Shown: positions 32,583 to 45,499 of the stretch, in pieces
How positions within the stretch are numbered: position 1 is the stretch's first letter
How the letters are laid out: each line of letters opens with the position of its first letter
The notes under the pieces: model-generated
Told to the model about the DNA's origin: nothing
Databases searched by the model: none
The model's input: only the letters and a program-made list of their open reading frames with translations
Program-made: the position numbers and the translations under genes
Assembly: GCF_009914755.1 (NCBI RefSeq)
Contig: NC_060928.1
DNA length: 64,000 bases
Source: the human T2T-CHM13v2.0 reference genome, Homo sapiens
Strand: one strand, 5' to 3'

Positions 32583-35500
32583 AATGTTTTGGTTTTTAAA
32601 TACATGATCTAGGGCCATGACTAGAATCTGTATATTAATAAGCTCTATGAAATAATTCTGATTTCTGGGCCCAGGCAGATAGATGTTTTATAAGGTGTTC
32701 TGACTTGTGTTTTGCTGTAAAATTTGAAGTTATAATATCTAGATATTTGATATTGTAAAGAATCAGCAATTTTCAATTTGATGATAAAATAAGTTGAATG
32801 GTCAAAATATTTTACTTATCATCTTTGTTCACCTCACTCTTATTCCACATGATAGTCAAAAGAGATTTCTCCAGACAATTGCTCACACTCCAATTCCCAG
32901 AATGAGAGCCAGATCTTTCAGTTCACATTCTTCTTCTTTTTTTTAAATGCCTTTTCACTCCTAAAAATGCCTGTTTTCAGCAAAGAAAACTTTTCTTAAC
33001 AATGGAATGCCATAATTATAGTTTTGTCTAGTCCCTCATCCAAAATAATATTATAAAATTATCAATAACTATTTCTGGATGCTGGTTATTCTGTCACAAT
33101 CTTAAAAAATATACATTAAAAATGATAAATATTTAAGAATAGGAATGTTTGTAAATAAATTTAAACAGGTTTGTATCAGTCATTATATAAAGACACTAAC
33201 TATAAAAATTTTGAGAATAGAGAATTTTAATAAGTAAAAATAATACAGTCTAATATGTAAACAAGACAGATTTTTTTCCCCTTGATCAGTCCCAAACCTT
33301 GTTCTATTATTATTATAGACACATTTCTCTCCTATAATTGACATCGTATCTTAAACAGTTTTTCACAAGATCACAAGATCAAATGCATTCTTTTATAAAT
33401 ATTTGTTTACCATATGACTGACTTAGCCACTGAATGTCAAAACTAAATAGTGATCAATTGTAATAATCTATAAGCAGAAAGTATTTTGTGTTCTTGAATC
33501 ACTTTTCCAATTTAAAAACTGAATGGGTAATGAGTTTTTAAAAAATAAGTTCTGGCACTGTACATACATAATAAATGAGGCTACTACTTTTCAAAACTGT
33601 AGCTCTCAAGAAATCGTGTGCAATGTCACGGCACTGTTATATATTCTTGATTAGTCAAAAAGAGGAAAAGGTTTAGATTTTTTTAAACAGCCTTTGGTTA
33701 CCCTGGAACATTTACATTCTGATGTCTTTACAAGTGTTAGTTTCAAATGCAGATGTTGGTGTCAATCATTAGAGAATGTCTATAGGACATCTGGTAAGGC
33801 TATCAATAATAATATATGCCTATGCCAGTAAAAAGAAGAACAGGCAGCACTGTTTCTCATATTGCAGATGAAAAGGGAGCCGTAAGTCAAGAAATAGCTT
33901 TTCAAATGAACAGCAAGCCCCTATTATTTGATTTTAAAGTTACCATCTTGGAGACAGTTATTCTTAAATAGTTAAGATTTTCTGAAATATTAGAGTTCTC
34001 AAAATATGGCATTATATTTATTGTGTGTCATTTATGCCATGGTTATTTTATGTAGAATTACTTCTTGAAAATTCTTTTTTTTACTATTATCAAGTCATCC
34101 CAGAAAAATAAGCCCCTCCTTTTTCCTCATCAGAATCACTTTATGCTGTAATGATTTATTTATTCATATGGGTTTAGGCATTGAGAGGAAAAGACAGGCA
34201 GACATAGATTATGGCATGGAGAAATGTATATTGGAAGAAATATTGTGGGTTAAGTAATTAAAACTTGACCTCTGTTCTTCTGGTCTTTCAAAATCAGTCT
34301 GAAGTGTTAAACTTCAGTGACTTGTTTTTGTTTTTTTTTTAAATCCAAAATGTCTAAATGTACTAAAGACATTTCTGAGAGAAGAATACACCTCTGCTTC
34401 CTTCTTTGTTCTTTCTTTCAATCAGGCTTATAAGTGACTTCAGAGGAGCCCTAGCCTGGAGCCAACTGTTGTTTGTATGCTGTGGGAAGGAGAGTATAGC
34501 TGTATTCACACCAGACCCAATACATATATTCCACAGGCAAAATCATTACCAGAATTTTACAGTTTTATATTAAAAGGTACAAAGAACTGCCAGCAAGTTT
34601 CTAATTGGCTGAATAAGTGCATGTGGTTTTCCCCTTCAAAGTCACATAGCCCACGCATTCTTTGACATCCCAATAATACTTAGCACAAATGTAGAAAGAG
34701 GGTACTTATTGTTTCCCCTCAACATAAATATATATATTCTTTACCATCTTATGCTAATATAATGGTTAGACTAATGTAGTCTATCACTTTATATTAATAG
34801 TAAATATTGCTATTCATTCTCCATTTTGTGTGAAATACTGTGATGAAATGCTGAATACAAATACTGTGCGTATTCACAAGGAAAGAAATCCCAGTAGTAA
34901 TGATTAACCCATCCTACCTCACCCACCGCTTTACCCACTGCTCTGATTTTCTACTGTGTAACTTTTCCAATATATGGAAAGGACATAAATCCATTTCTAT
35001 TAAATATAATGGGAAAAATCAAGGCAAATAAAAACAAATATCTTTGTGTTTATAAAGATTATTTGCTGCCTGGTCACATATGGGGTTTATTGATTCAGTC
35101 CAAGGCTGGACTGCTATATTTGCTGTGAGTATCTGCTGGCAAAATTTTCTCGCCTCATTATTTTGTGATATTATGCATTCTCTGCAGCACATTTATATTC
35201 AGCATGTGAGGTACCCGCCATGCTTCCATATATACCCTTTTGTACCTATACTTCTTTATTACTTGTTTAATAAAACCATCGCAGAAACAAGCAGAGCAGA
35301 CAAAATAAACAAGAGTTCTTCATAAAAATGACTTGCAAATTCAATACATAGTTATACCTGCTGGCAATATGACTCTATTCACATATGCACCTGTGTTTCT
35401 TAAAAGGTGGTGGGTCTGCAGTTAAAGTGGGCTTAATTACAAAAGGAATATGAGAATATTAGGAAACCCACCACAAAAGCCCTCTAGAATCAAAATCAGT

Positions 35501-35749
35501 ATGTTCGTTTATGGTGTCAGATTACTTTAGTAGAATGAACAGATCTGGGTGAAACATTAAAATAATTAACTTGGATAAACTTCTGATCTGTAGAATAAGG
35601 TGTAAAATATGTACAAGGCAATGTAATATAATAAGAAATGCATCTGTCATTTTATTATTAGTACTGATGCTAGAAAATATAGCTGAAAATTTTTAAGCGA
35701 GTTAGTTACTAGTGAATTTCTGAAATAAAAGTCATAAAACAAACATCAT

Positions 35750-36077
35750 TTTATTAGTCTATTCTCATGCTGCTATGAAGAAATGCCTGAGAAAAGAGGT
35801 TTAATTGACTCAGTTCTGCATGGCTGGGGAGGCCTCCGGAAACTTGAAATCATGGCAGAAGGCAACTCTTCACAGGGCAGCAGGAGAGAGAATGAGCAAA
35901 AGGGGAAAAGGCCCTTATAAAACCATCAGATCTTGTGAGAACTCACTATCACAAGAACAGCATGAGAGTAACTTCCCCCATGATTAAATTACCTCTCATA
36001 TGGTAATACCCACATGGGGATTATGGGAACTACAATTCAAGATGAGATTTCAGTGGGGACGCAGCTAAACCACATCA
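35750..36077 (-). mobile_element. THE1 (THE1D-like) LTR, 3' LTR of the chimeric element
   Basis: TATTAGTCTATTCTCATGCTGCTATGAAGAAAT ... GGAACTACAATTCAAGATGAGATTT..AAACCACATCA, followed by TTCCACCCC (PPT complement). Confidence 0.88.
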
Positions 36078-37651
36078 TTCCACCCCAGTGAAACTATCAT
36101 TGGGCCTCTCCCAAATCTCATGTCCTCACATTTCAAAACACAATCATGCCCTTAAAACAGTCTTCCAAAGTTTTAACTCATTCCAGCATTAACTCAAATG
36201 TCCAAGTCCAAAGTCTGATCTGAGACAAGGCAAGTCCCTTCCGCCTATGAGCCTGTAAAATTAAAAGCAAGTAGGTTACTTCCTAGAAACAATGTGGACA
36301 CAGGCTTTGGGTAAATATACCTCTTCCAAATGGGAGAAATTGTCCAAAACAAGGGACTACAGGCCCCGTGCAAGTCCAAAATCCAATAGGGCATTTATTA
36401 AGCTTTAATGTTCCAAAATGATTTCCTTTCACTACATGTCTCACATACAGGTCATGCTGATACAAGAGGTATCTTCCCATGGTCTTGGGCAGCTCCACCC
36501 CTGTGACTTTGCAGGGTACAGCCTCCCTCCCAGCTTCTTTCACAAGTTGGCATTGAATATCTGTGGCTTTTCCAGGTGCACAGTGTAAGCTGTTAGTGGA
36601 TCTACCAATATGGGGTCTGAAGGACGGTAGCCCTCTTCTCATGGCTACACTACACAATGCCCCAGTGGGGACTCTGTGTGGGTTCTCCAACTCCACATTT
36701 CCCTTCTACACTTCCCTAGCAGAAGTTCTCCATGAGGGCTCTGGCCATGCAGCAAACTTCTGCCTGGACATCTAGGTTTTTCCATACATCCTCTGAAGTC
36801 TAAACGGAGGTTCCCAAATCTCAATTCTTGACTTCTGTACATCCACAGGCCCAACAGCATGTGTAAGCCACCAAAGCTTGGGCCTTGCACCCTCTGAAGC
36901 AGTGGTCTGAGCTGTATGTTGGCCCCCATTAGCCACAGCTGGAGCTGAAGCATCTGGGACTCAGGGTACCATGTCCAGAGGCTGCATAGAGCACAGGGGC
37001 CCTGGGACCCATAGAGTACAGGGGCCCTGGGACCCACCGACAAAACCATTTTTTCCTCCTAGTCTTCTGGACCTGTTATGGGAAGGGCTGCTGTGAAGGT
37101 CTCTGACAAGCCCTAAAGACATTTTCCCCATTATCTTGGTGAGTAACATTTGGCTCCTTGTTACTTATGCAAATTTCTGCAGCAGGCTTCTCCCCAGAAA
37201 ATGGGTTTTTCTTTTCTATTATGTCATCAAGCTGCAAATTTTTCAAACTTTTATGTTCTGCTTCCTCTTGAACGCTTTGCCACTTGGAAATTTCTTTCAC
37301 CAGATACCCTAAATCATCTCTCTCAAGTTCAAAGTTCCACAGATCTCTAAGGCAGGGGTAAAATGCTGCCAGTCTCTGCATAGCAAGAGTGACCTTACTC
37401 CAGTTCCCAACAAGTTCCTCATCTCTATCTGAGACCACTTCATTCTGGACTTCACTACTCATAACACTATTAGCATTTTGGTCAAAGCCGTTCAACAAGT
37501 CTCTAGGAAATTCCAAACTTCCCCACATTTTCCTGCCTTATTCTGAGCTCTCCAAACTCTTCCAACCTCTGCCTGTTTCTCAGTTGTAAGGTCGCTTCCA
37601 CATCTTTGGGTATCTTTATAGCACCACCCCACTCTCTGCGATACTAATATC
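36078..37651 (-). mobile_element. THE1/MaLR internal region, approximately full length (~1.57 kb)
   Basis: ORF remnants such as RDLLNGFDQNA..ELVGNWSK..RDLWNFELERDDLGYL; CAAAGTCTGATCTGAGACAAGGCAAGTCCCTTCCGCCTATGAGCCTG. Confidence 0.92.
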
Positions 37652-38387
37652 TGTATGAGTCAGGGTTCCCTAGAGGGACAGGACTAACAGTGAAACCATC
37701 TTTGCAAAATTATGACTGAGACAGTGAAAGAGATCTAGCTTAACCGACTCCATCTCGTTTCTAACCTCCAAGCTGTCCTTGTTCATTGCTAGGCATAGGC
37801 TGAACTAACTTTGAGAGAAACTTAGTTTATACTTTGTAGTTTAAACAAAGCCGATACACAATCCTTTAACAAGGCAGACCTCCTTCTTGCCTGGGGACTA
37901 GATTACCTTTGTAGGACTAACAACATTAGCCACAAAGTTAGTAATTATGGTTTAGGAGTCATGCAGCTGGAGGCTATAAGATTCTGACCTTCCCTAAATT
38001 ACTCCTAAATTAGTGCTTGAGATATTTTGCAGACTCTGCACTTGACGGATGAGCTGGCACCACCCAGACTGACAAACTAGCTCATCTGATCTTGTGGCCT
38101 CCACCGGGCAACTGACTCAGCACAAGAAGACAGCTTTGACTCCCTGTGATTTCACCCTAACCAATCAGCACTCCTGGATCACTGGCTTTCCCCACATCCA
38201 CCATATTGTCCTTAAAAAGTCTGCTCCTCAAATGCTCAGAGAGACTGATTTGAGTAATAATAAAACTCTGGTCTCCTGCACAGCTGGCTCTGTGTGAATT
38301 ACTTTTTCTCTATTGCAATTCCTCTGTACTGAGAAACCAGCTCTGTCTAGGCAGTGGGCAAGGTAAGCCCCTTGGGCAGTTACAATA

Positions 38388-38434
<47 letters not shown>

Positions 38435-38925
38435 GGGAGTTTATTAAGGATTATTGACCCACACAATCACAAGGTGAAGTCCCACAGTAGGCTGTATGCA
38501 AGCTGAGGAGCAATGAATCCAATCCAAGTCCCCAGATCTCAAAAGTAGGGAAGCCAAAAAGTGCACCCTTCAGTCTGTGGCTGAAGACCAGAGAGACCCT
38601 GGTAAATCACTAGTGTAAGTCCAAGATTCCAAAAGCTGAAGAACATGGAGTCTGATGTTCGAGGGCAGAAAGTATCCAGCATGGGAGAAAGATGAAGGAC
38701 GGAAGACTCAGCAAGTCTACTCATTCCAATTTCTTATGCCTGCTTTATTCTAGCCTCGCTGGTAGTTGATTAGATGGTGCTCACCCAGACTGAGGTGGGT
38801 CTGCCTCTCCCTGTCCACTGACTCAAATGTTAAGCTCCTTTGGCAACACTGTCAAAGACACACCTAGGAACAATAATTTGCACCTTTCAATCCAATCAAT
38901 TTGACACTCAATATTAACCATCACA
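37652..38925 (-). mobile_element. MLT2A (HERV-L) LTR occupying the 5' LTR position; interrupted by LTR8; contains (TA)n at about 38390-38431
   Basis: TGTATGAGTCAGGGTTCCCTAGAGGGACAGGACTAA..ATAGGATATATA..GGGAGTTTATTAAG ... TTGACACTCAATATTAACCATCACA. Confidence 0.9.
37691..38384 (+). mobile_element. LTR8 (ERV1, HUERS-P1) solo LTR
   Basis: TGAAACCATCTTTGCAAAATTATGACTGAGACAGTGAAAGAGATC start, ..GGGCAGTTACA end; 4-bp TSD ACAG/ATAG. Confidence 0.88.
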
Positions 38926-40061
38926 ATCATGAAATCCTGGCTACACCTCAGGGATGTAACACCTAACGATATTAGTGATACTTAACACATTTTCATGGGA
39001 CATGGGAGAAAAGTGGAATGTCATTATGTCAAGTGCAAGTCCAGATGAGCTGTTCATGAAGAATCTATGGAAATGGCTTACAAATATTATGGGTGGGTAA
39101 AGATGTTACAGGAAGAAAATAGCAATTACATTATGTAAAGCAATTCTGTGCTATAATTTAAAGTTGCTTGCAGTTCGGTATTTCCCAGAGAAGTTTTTAA
39201 TTAGGAAATATAAAAACACATCTCAGAGAATGATTTTAAAATCTTCCATCCTCCAAAATGAAAAATGGAAGATATATTTCTTCAATATTGCCAATTTATC
39301 TGAGATTAGATTATTATTTGAAAACATAAAATGTTTAGATATTTTATGAGTAATAAACAATAAACAAATGTCTACTGCTCTACACAGTAGATTACCCCAT
39401 TTCCCCTTTATTTCAAGGTTAGGGGACTAAAGGATATATCACAGAAACAAGGAGCTTTCTCATGGATATACAAGAATGGAGTAAGTTTAAAATAACTTCA
39501 TGGAAAATTGAAAGATTAGTTGACAAACCAAGCTAAGAGATGTAAAGAATGATTGACAACAACAGTGATGCTCAGTTGAGAATGAAAAGCACAATTTTTA
39601 TGTAATGATATGAATGTACATGTTTATGTGTTATTATCTCCAAGTAATCAGCAATCCTTATTCACGTTATAATATCCAAACTCATACATGTTAAATAATC
39701 CTCCGAAATGTTTTTATAATTTGTCAAAGAAACAAGATGGATCATAGAAGCAGTTGAATTTACAATTTTGCTACTCAGAAAAAAAGAAATATCAGATGTA
39801 TACTATCCACCCACTCCTTTGCAGAGATTTTTTTTTTTTTACAAAAACTTGTTTTTAATAGGTTAAACATATTATGGTGTCTGTGTAAGTAGTTGTAAGC
39901 TCACGTTTAAATGTAAATAATTACTTGGAATTTTATATGACATATCACACTTCTGAAACTTGCAACAGTGTACAACCAAGTTTGGGAAGAGAAGGAAGGC
40001 ACCTGGTGATTCCCAAGTGGTGAATGGAAAAGCAAGGCTTCCAAAAATTATATTCAGCCAT

Positions 40062-40250
40062 GTAAGGCCATATAACGCTATGGTTAAGAATATGCAGACT
40101 CTAGCCAGACTGCCTCGAGTAACTGCAATACCATCTTTACTTGGTCAGGTCACTTAGGCATGTTTCACGCTGCAATATTCTCATCTGTGAAAGAGAAATT
40201 ATGACAATACCCATTCAACGTGTTTTATGAACATTAAATGAGTTAGCCTG
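40062..40250 (+). mobile_element. MIR SINE
   Basis: TGGTTAAGAATATGCAGACTCTAGCCAGACTGCCT ... TCTCATCTGTGAAA ... ATTAAATGAGTTA. Confidence 0.65.
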
Positions 40251-40409
40251 ATCAGTCATTTAACAAATATTACATAACTGCTGTCCAAAATGTTTATTAA
40301 ATCTTTTGTCTCCTAACAGAACACAAAATATATAAACACCACCACTTGGCAATAATAACACTGCTTTTATTGCTATTGAAAAGAACTGTGATTTTGTTGC
40401 CAATATATG

Positions 40410-40491
<82 letters not shown>

Positions 40492-40612
40492 TATATATAT
40501 ACACATATATATATACATATATATATACACATATATATATATACATATATATATACACATATATATATATACATATATATATACACATATATATATATAT
40601 ATATACCTATAC
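40410..40612. repeat. Compound (CT)n(TA)n(TATATATACA)n microsatellite
   Basis: Directly visible; explains the overlapping YI/ER/SL ORFs. Confidence 0.97.
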
Positions 40613-40724
40613 ATAAACACCATAATATAGCCACCAGTTCAGAAGTCGGATTTCTGTAGGTATTTGGGTGGTTTCTCATTCTTGACAGAGTGGTTGCCAT
40701 CATGATCTTCGACAATTATTTTCC

Positions 40725-40860
40725 CTGTTTGACTTAGTTTACTCATCTATAAAATGGAAATAATAATAGGCTCCATCTCATTGGGTTTTTGTAAAGATTA
40801 ATTAATTAATGTAAAGCACTTATAAATACATAACACTGTAAGTTATTGCAGTTGTTATCA
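40725..40860 (+). mobile_element. MIR fragment
   Basis: CTCATCTATAAAATGGAAATAATAATAG..GTAAAGATTAA..TGTAAAGCACTT core. Confidence 0.6.
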
Positions 40861-40896
40861 AAACAGTTAATTTAAAGGCACAAATGAATCAGAAGG

Positions 40897-41270
40897 TATA
40901 TTAGTCTATTTGTGTTGCTTTCTATAAAGGAATACCTGAGACTTGGAAATTTATAAAGAAAAGAGGTTAATTTCACTATGTTTCTGCAGGCTGTACAAGC
41001 ATAGCACCAGCATCTGCTTGGTTTTACTCATGGCAGAAGGTGAAGGGGGAGCAGGCGTGTCACACGGCGAGAAAGGGAGCAAGGAGGGGAGGTGCCAGGC
41101 TGTTTAAACAATTAGCTTTTGTATGAACTCATTATCCTGGGGAAGGCACCAAGCTTTTCATCAGGGATCTGCCTCCATGACCCAAACACCTCCCCCTAGG
41201 TCCCACCTTCAATACTGGGGGCCACATTTCAACATGAGATTTGTTGAGGACAAATATCCAAACGGTATCA
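40897..41270 (-). mobile_element. MaLR solo LTR (MSTB-like)
   Basis: TATTAGTCTATTTGTGTTGCT..TATAAAGGAATACCTGAG ... ACAAATATCCAAACGGTATCA; TSD GAAGG/GAGGG. Confidence 0.88.
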
Positions 41271-42759
41271 GAGGGAAAGGGTTATTTTCTGATGTTTCCA
41301 CTTTCTGTTATTTACTACCAATGTCAATAAAAGAATGATTGTTATGAACTTGCCTATTACCATGCAGTACATTCGGAAATGGTGTTTATGAGATAAATTT
41401 GTGGCATTTACCCCAGTAATATCTACATTTACATAGATTTGATGGCAGGTGATATGAATTAGTAAACTTTGGTGTGCATATTCCTTTTTCATATTCAGCA
41501 TCTTCCAAGTTTTGAGTGAAATTTGGTAAATGTATCATGGCAGCGACTGGTGGCCGCCTTCTTTACAGCTGAGTTACTGCATCCAACACAGTCCTTTCCA
41601 AACAGTTCCCATGGGAAATTTGCAATAGGAGTTTCTGGAAATCTTTGTTAGAAAGAAATAACTTTCAAGGAGAGTTCTCTCCCTTTTTCTTTTTGCCCTG
41701 GGAATTAACTGGCCGTCATCATGGGAGATCATGTTGCTTAGGGTAGCAGAAGTCAGCATTAGGTCTTGGAGAGAAAGCCAAGAAGACCTCAGAGAAACTG
41801 ACACACAAAATTATCATCGTGGTTCTGTTGAATTACCTAATCCTGAACCATTTGCTTCATATTGTTTGTCTGTAATTAAAATTATTTTTTAAAAAATCTT
41901 ATTTTACCAGTTACTTACTTTTATTCATATATTCTGTTACTTGTTTTGAAAATATTGTCACTGGCAAATGCACTGTTCATGTACTCTGGTTTAGTCTGAG
42001 TTTTTAGTTTTGATGTCAAGATCCTCTCACAGACCAAAAAAAAAAGATGTTTCTTTTGCATAGGCAATTGGAAGAAATGGGAGGTACACAAGGACACAAT
42101 TAACTGTGTTTATTTCTTTAGGAAGAAGAAAGAAGCGGGAAGAAGAGCGGGTAGAGGAAGGCAAAAGGGAAGGAGAGGGGAGAGAATGATACCACCCCGA
42201 TAAGTGTCTAACGAGATGGTAAGTACTTAATTTAACTTTAGTGAATCTTTAGCGCATTCACTTTCCCAGAAATCATCATTCTGGTTCAGTGAATATTAGT
42301 CACCTGCTGTGAAATAAAGAAGATAATTTAGTTCTTCATCTTTGAATGATTTCAAGGTATAATTTCATATAAAGACAAAGACCCAAAGCCATTTTTAAAG
42401 TAAGGCAATTCATAAATTTCTTTTGAAGGTCAGTTATAAACATAGAGTAAAACCTCATTAATTTAAATAATTGAAGGAGAAGCTTTTTGTTGTGTCAGTC
42501 TGGAAATTAGGTTTGCAAAATGTAGCCTGTTATAATTCCTCCTGGACCTACTCTAATAAATAAATATGAATAATGCAATTATCACATTGTTTGTATGTAA
42601 ATGAATGCTGCAAAAGCATGTAAAAGTGCTTCAACAAGTTCAATATTTTGTGGTTTTTGCTTTGTTTTGCTTCCCCTGGCACTGCTGAGACATACCTTTT
42701 AAAATTTGAACAAGTTACATGAAATCTCTTGAGCTTAGTTTATTCATCGTTAAAATGCA

Positions 42760-43080
42760 GGCTAGGCACGGTGGCTCACATCCGTAATCCCAGAAATTTG
42801 GGAGGTCGAGGTGGGCAGATCACAAGAGGCCAGGAGTTCGAGACCAGCCTAGCCAACATGGTGAAACCTCGTCTCTACTAAAAATACAAAATTACCCAGG
42901 CGTGGTGGCCTATACCTGTAATCCCAGCTGCTTGGGAAGTGGAGGCAGGAGAATCGTTTGAATCCAGGAGGCGGAGTTTCCAGTGAGCCGAGATCCTGCC
43001 ACTGCACTCCAACCTGCGAGTCTCCAGCCGGATTCTGTCTGTCTCTGTGTCTAAAATAAAATAAAATAGTAAAAATAAAA
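42760..43080 (+). mobile_element. Alu (AluS) with aberrant 3' end, inserted in a MIR
   Basis: Standard Alu body; (TAAAA)n tail; flanks TAAAATGCA / TAAAATGGA. Confidence 0.92.
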
Positions 43081-43419
43081 TGGAATGACATGTAACGGTT
43101 TCTAAACTCCATTGCACATCTACCCAATTTGGTCTGTGATTTACTACATTGAAAACTTTAAATTACTTGGAGATAAATATCTGGTTCCTTGTTTCTTGAC
43201 GTACTTCTCTCTCTCTTTCCCTCTCTAAGGAAAACAAATAACAAATACCTGGGTTATCTAGCTGCCTAGCATGATGTACTCTGCTCATGGCATACATACA
43301 CAGCAGCTGAACTGTTTGCTTACCTGAGCCTCCTAGTCAAGAAAGGCAGATTTAGATTTATGTTATTCTTGTATTTTGTATGTGAGTGTAAATACACATT
43401 TTAAAAAATATTACCATTC

Positions 43420-43512
43420 CCAGATTGTGTTTATGTATCACTATTCACCCAGTGCTTAACATAATGCCTAGCAATAGATGTTCAACATGTATTTCTTGAA
43501 TGAATGAATGAA
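43420..43512 (+). mobile_element. L2 3' end
   Basis: CCCAGTGCTTAACATAATGCCTAGCA..TTGAATGAATGAATGAAT terminus. Confidence 0.7.
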
Positions 43513-43734
43513 TATGAAGTGAAATGAGAATAGTGTCAGTATAAATTACATCCAATAAGACGATGAGACTGAGAGATGAGATGGAGATTTCAATTTCCCA
43601 TCTATACATTTTAAAAAGAGAAAATGAGAAGCAGAGCTAAAATTTTAAGTGATATTACCAAGGTTATATCAAAAGAAACTACCAAATTAGGATTAAAACA
43701 CTAGTCCCCCAATTTCAGCACTATTTCGTATGTT

Positions 43735-44450
43735 TAATTTTATTGTAAAATGTCAGACATGTAGATAAGCACATAATGCATTTTCAGTAAAAGGAATAAT
43801 TATGAAAGAAATTCCTTTGGAATTATCAAATAAGTCAAGAAATGGAATATTGTCAGCAACCCAGAAGCCACTCAAATGGCCTTTCTCATTGACAACCCTC
43901 TAATTGTCTACAAGAAGTAATCATTATTCTAACATTTTTGGCAATCTCTTTCATGTCTTTATTATCGTTTTACCAAGTCTCAATGTATCCTTAAACAGCA
44001 TAGATTTTTTTTCTAGAATTCAGTGATATATGAATAGATAGCAAACACCGTATATATTATTTTGTGTCTGGCTTCTTTCACTTAATGTTATATTAGCTAG
44101 CTACGCAAGTTGTTTGCAGCTCTCATCGTACTTTTTACTTGCTATGCATTATTCTATTTATTATTGCACCACGAATAATTTATTATTTCAACTCTTGATA
44201 GAAACATGGATATTTACTGGATTGGGGAAATTTTAGACAATGCTGTTATATTCTTCACATGCCTTTTGGCGCACATATGCATGCATTTTTAGGGCATAAA
44301 GTTAGAAATGGAATTGCTGGCACATGAGTTATTTCTATAACCAACCTTACTAGATGACCAGAGAGCATCCAGCTATTTTCTAAAGTGGCTATACCAATTT
44401 AAACTGCTAACAGCAATGTTTCCATTGCTCCACATTATCACCAAAATAGT
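43735..44450 (-). mobile_element. Ancient L1 (L1ME-like) 3' region
   Basis: TTTTGTGTCTGGCTTCTTTCACTTAAT ... AGAAATGGAATTGCTGG ... TTTCTAAAGTGGCTATACCAATTT antisense motifs. Confidence 0.7.
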
Positions 44451-44457
44451 TTTATAA

Positions 44458-44948
<491 letters not shown>

Positions 44949-45499
44949 CATTTTAATGTTTTTGTAATGTGTGTATTTATCCCTTATTTTTTCCTCCTTT
45001 CTCACGTCCTACCTTGTGAAATATTTCACTGTTTCTTTTGGAATTCATAGTCCATTATTTGCAAAATGATCCACATCCTCAATCTTCTCTCCAACTGTTT
45101 CGTTCACCTGGCTTTTTCCAGAGAGAGAAGATACCTGCATATTCCTGTTGTGGTTCCTTTTTATGTCATAGCATTTTTGACTCTGAGCCTGAACATAGGC
45201 ATTCTCTTTGCTCTTAATTAATCCTTTCAGACCATTTTTCGTCTGCCCATCCTTAAAAACTCCATTTTTCATTCTCCTGTCATCAGATTATATAACTCAT
45301 TACTATCATCTATCATTCTATCTATGAATAACTGATCTTTCACTGGAACTTCTAGATGAGTCAAACTGATCAAAGTACTATGTCTAATTCCAATATTAGT
45401 TCTTATCTATTTCAGTTTATGTGTAGATAATATTTACAGCAACTAGAATTAAGTCCCTTAAATTCCTCCATTCAACACCAGAGTCATCCCTGAGGTGCT

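Noticed and set aside
36986-37035. 25-bp tandem duplication within THE1-int (similar short ones near 10039-10072 and 24512-24554)
   Set aside because: Ordinary slippage-type duplications; not a spaced or CRISPR-like array.
40297-40715. Five overlapping ORFs of 69-108 aa
   Set aside because: They are translations of the compound microsatellite (YI/ER/SL runs).
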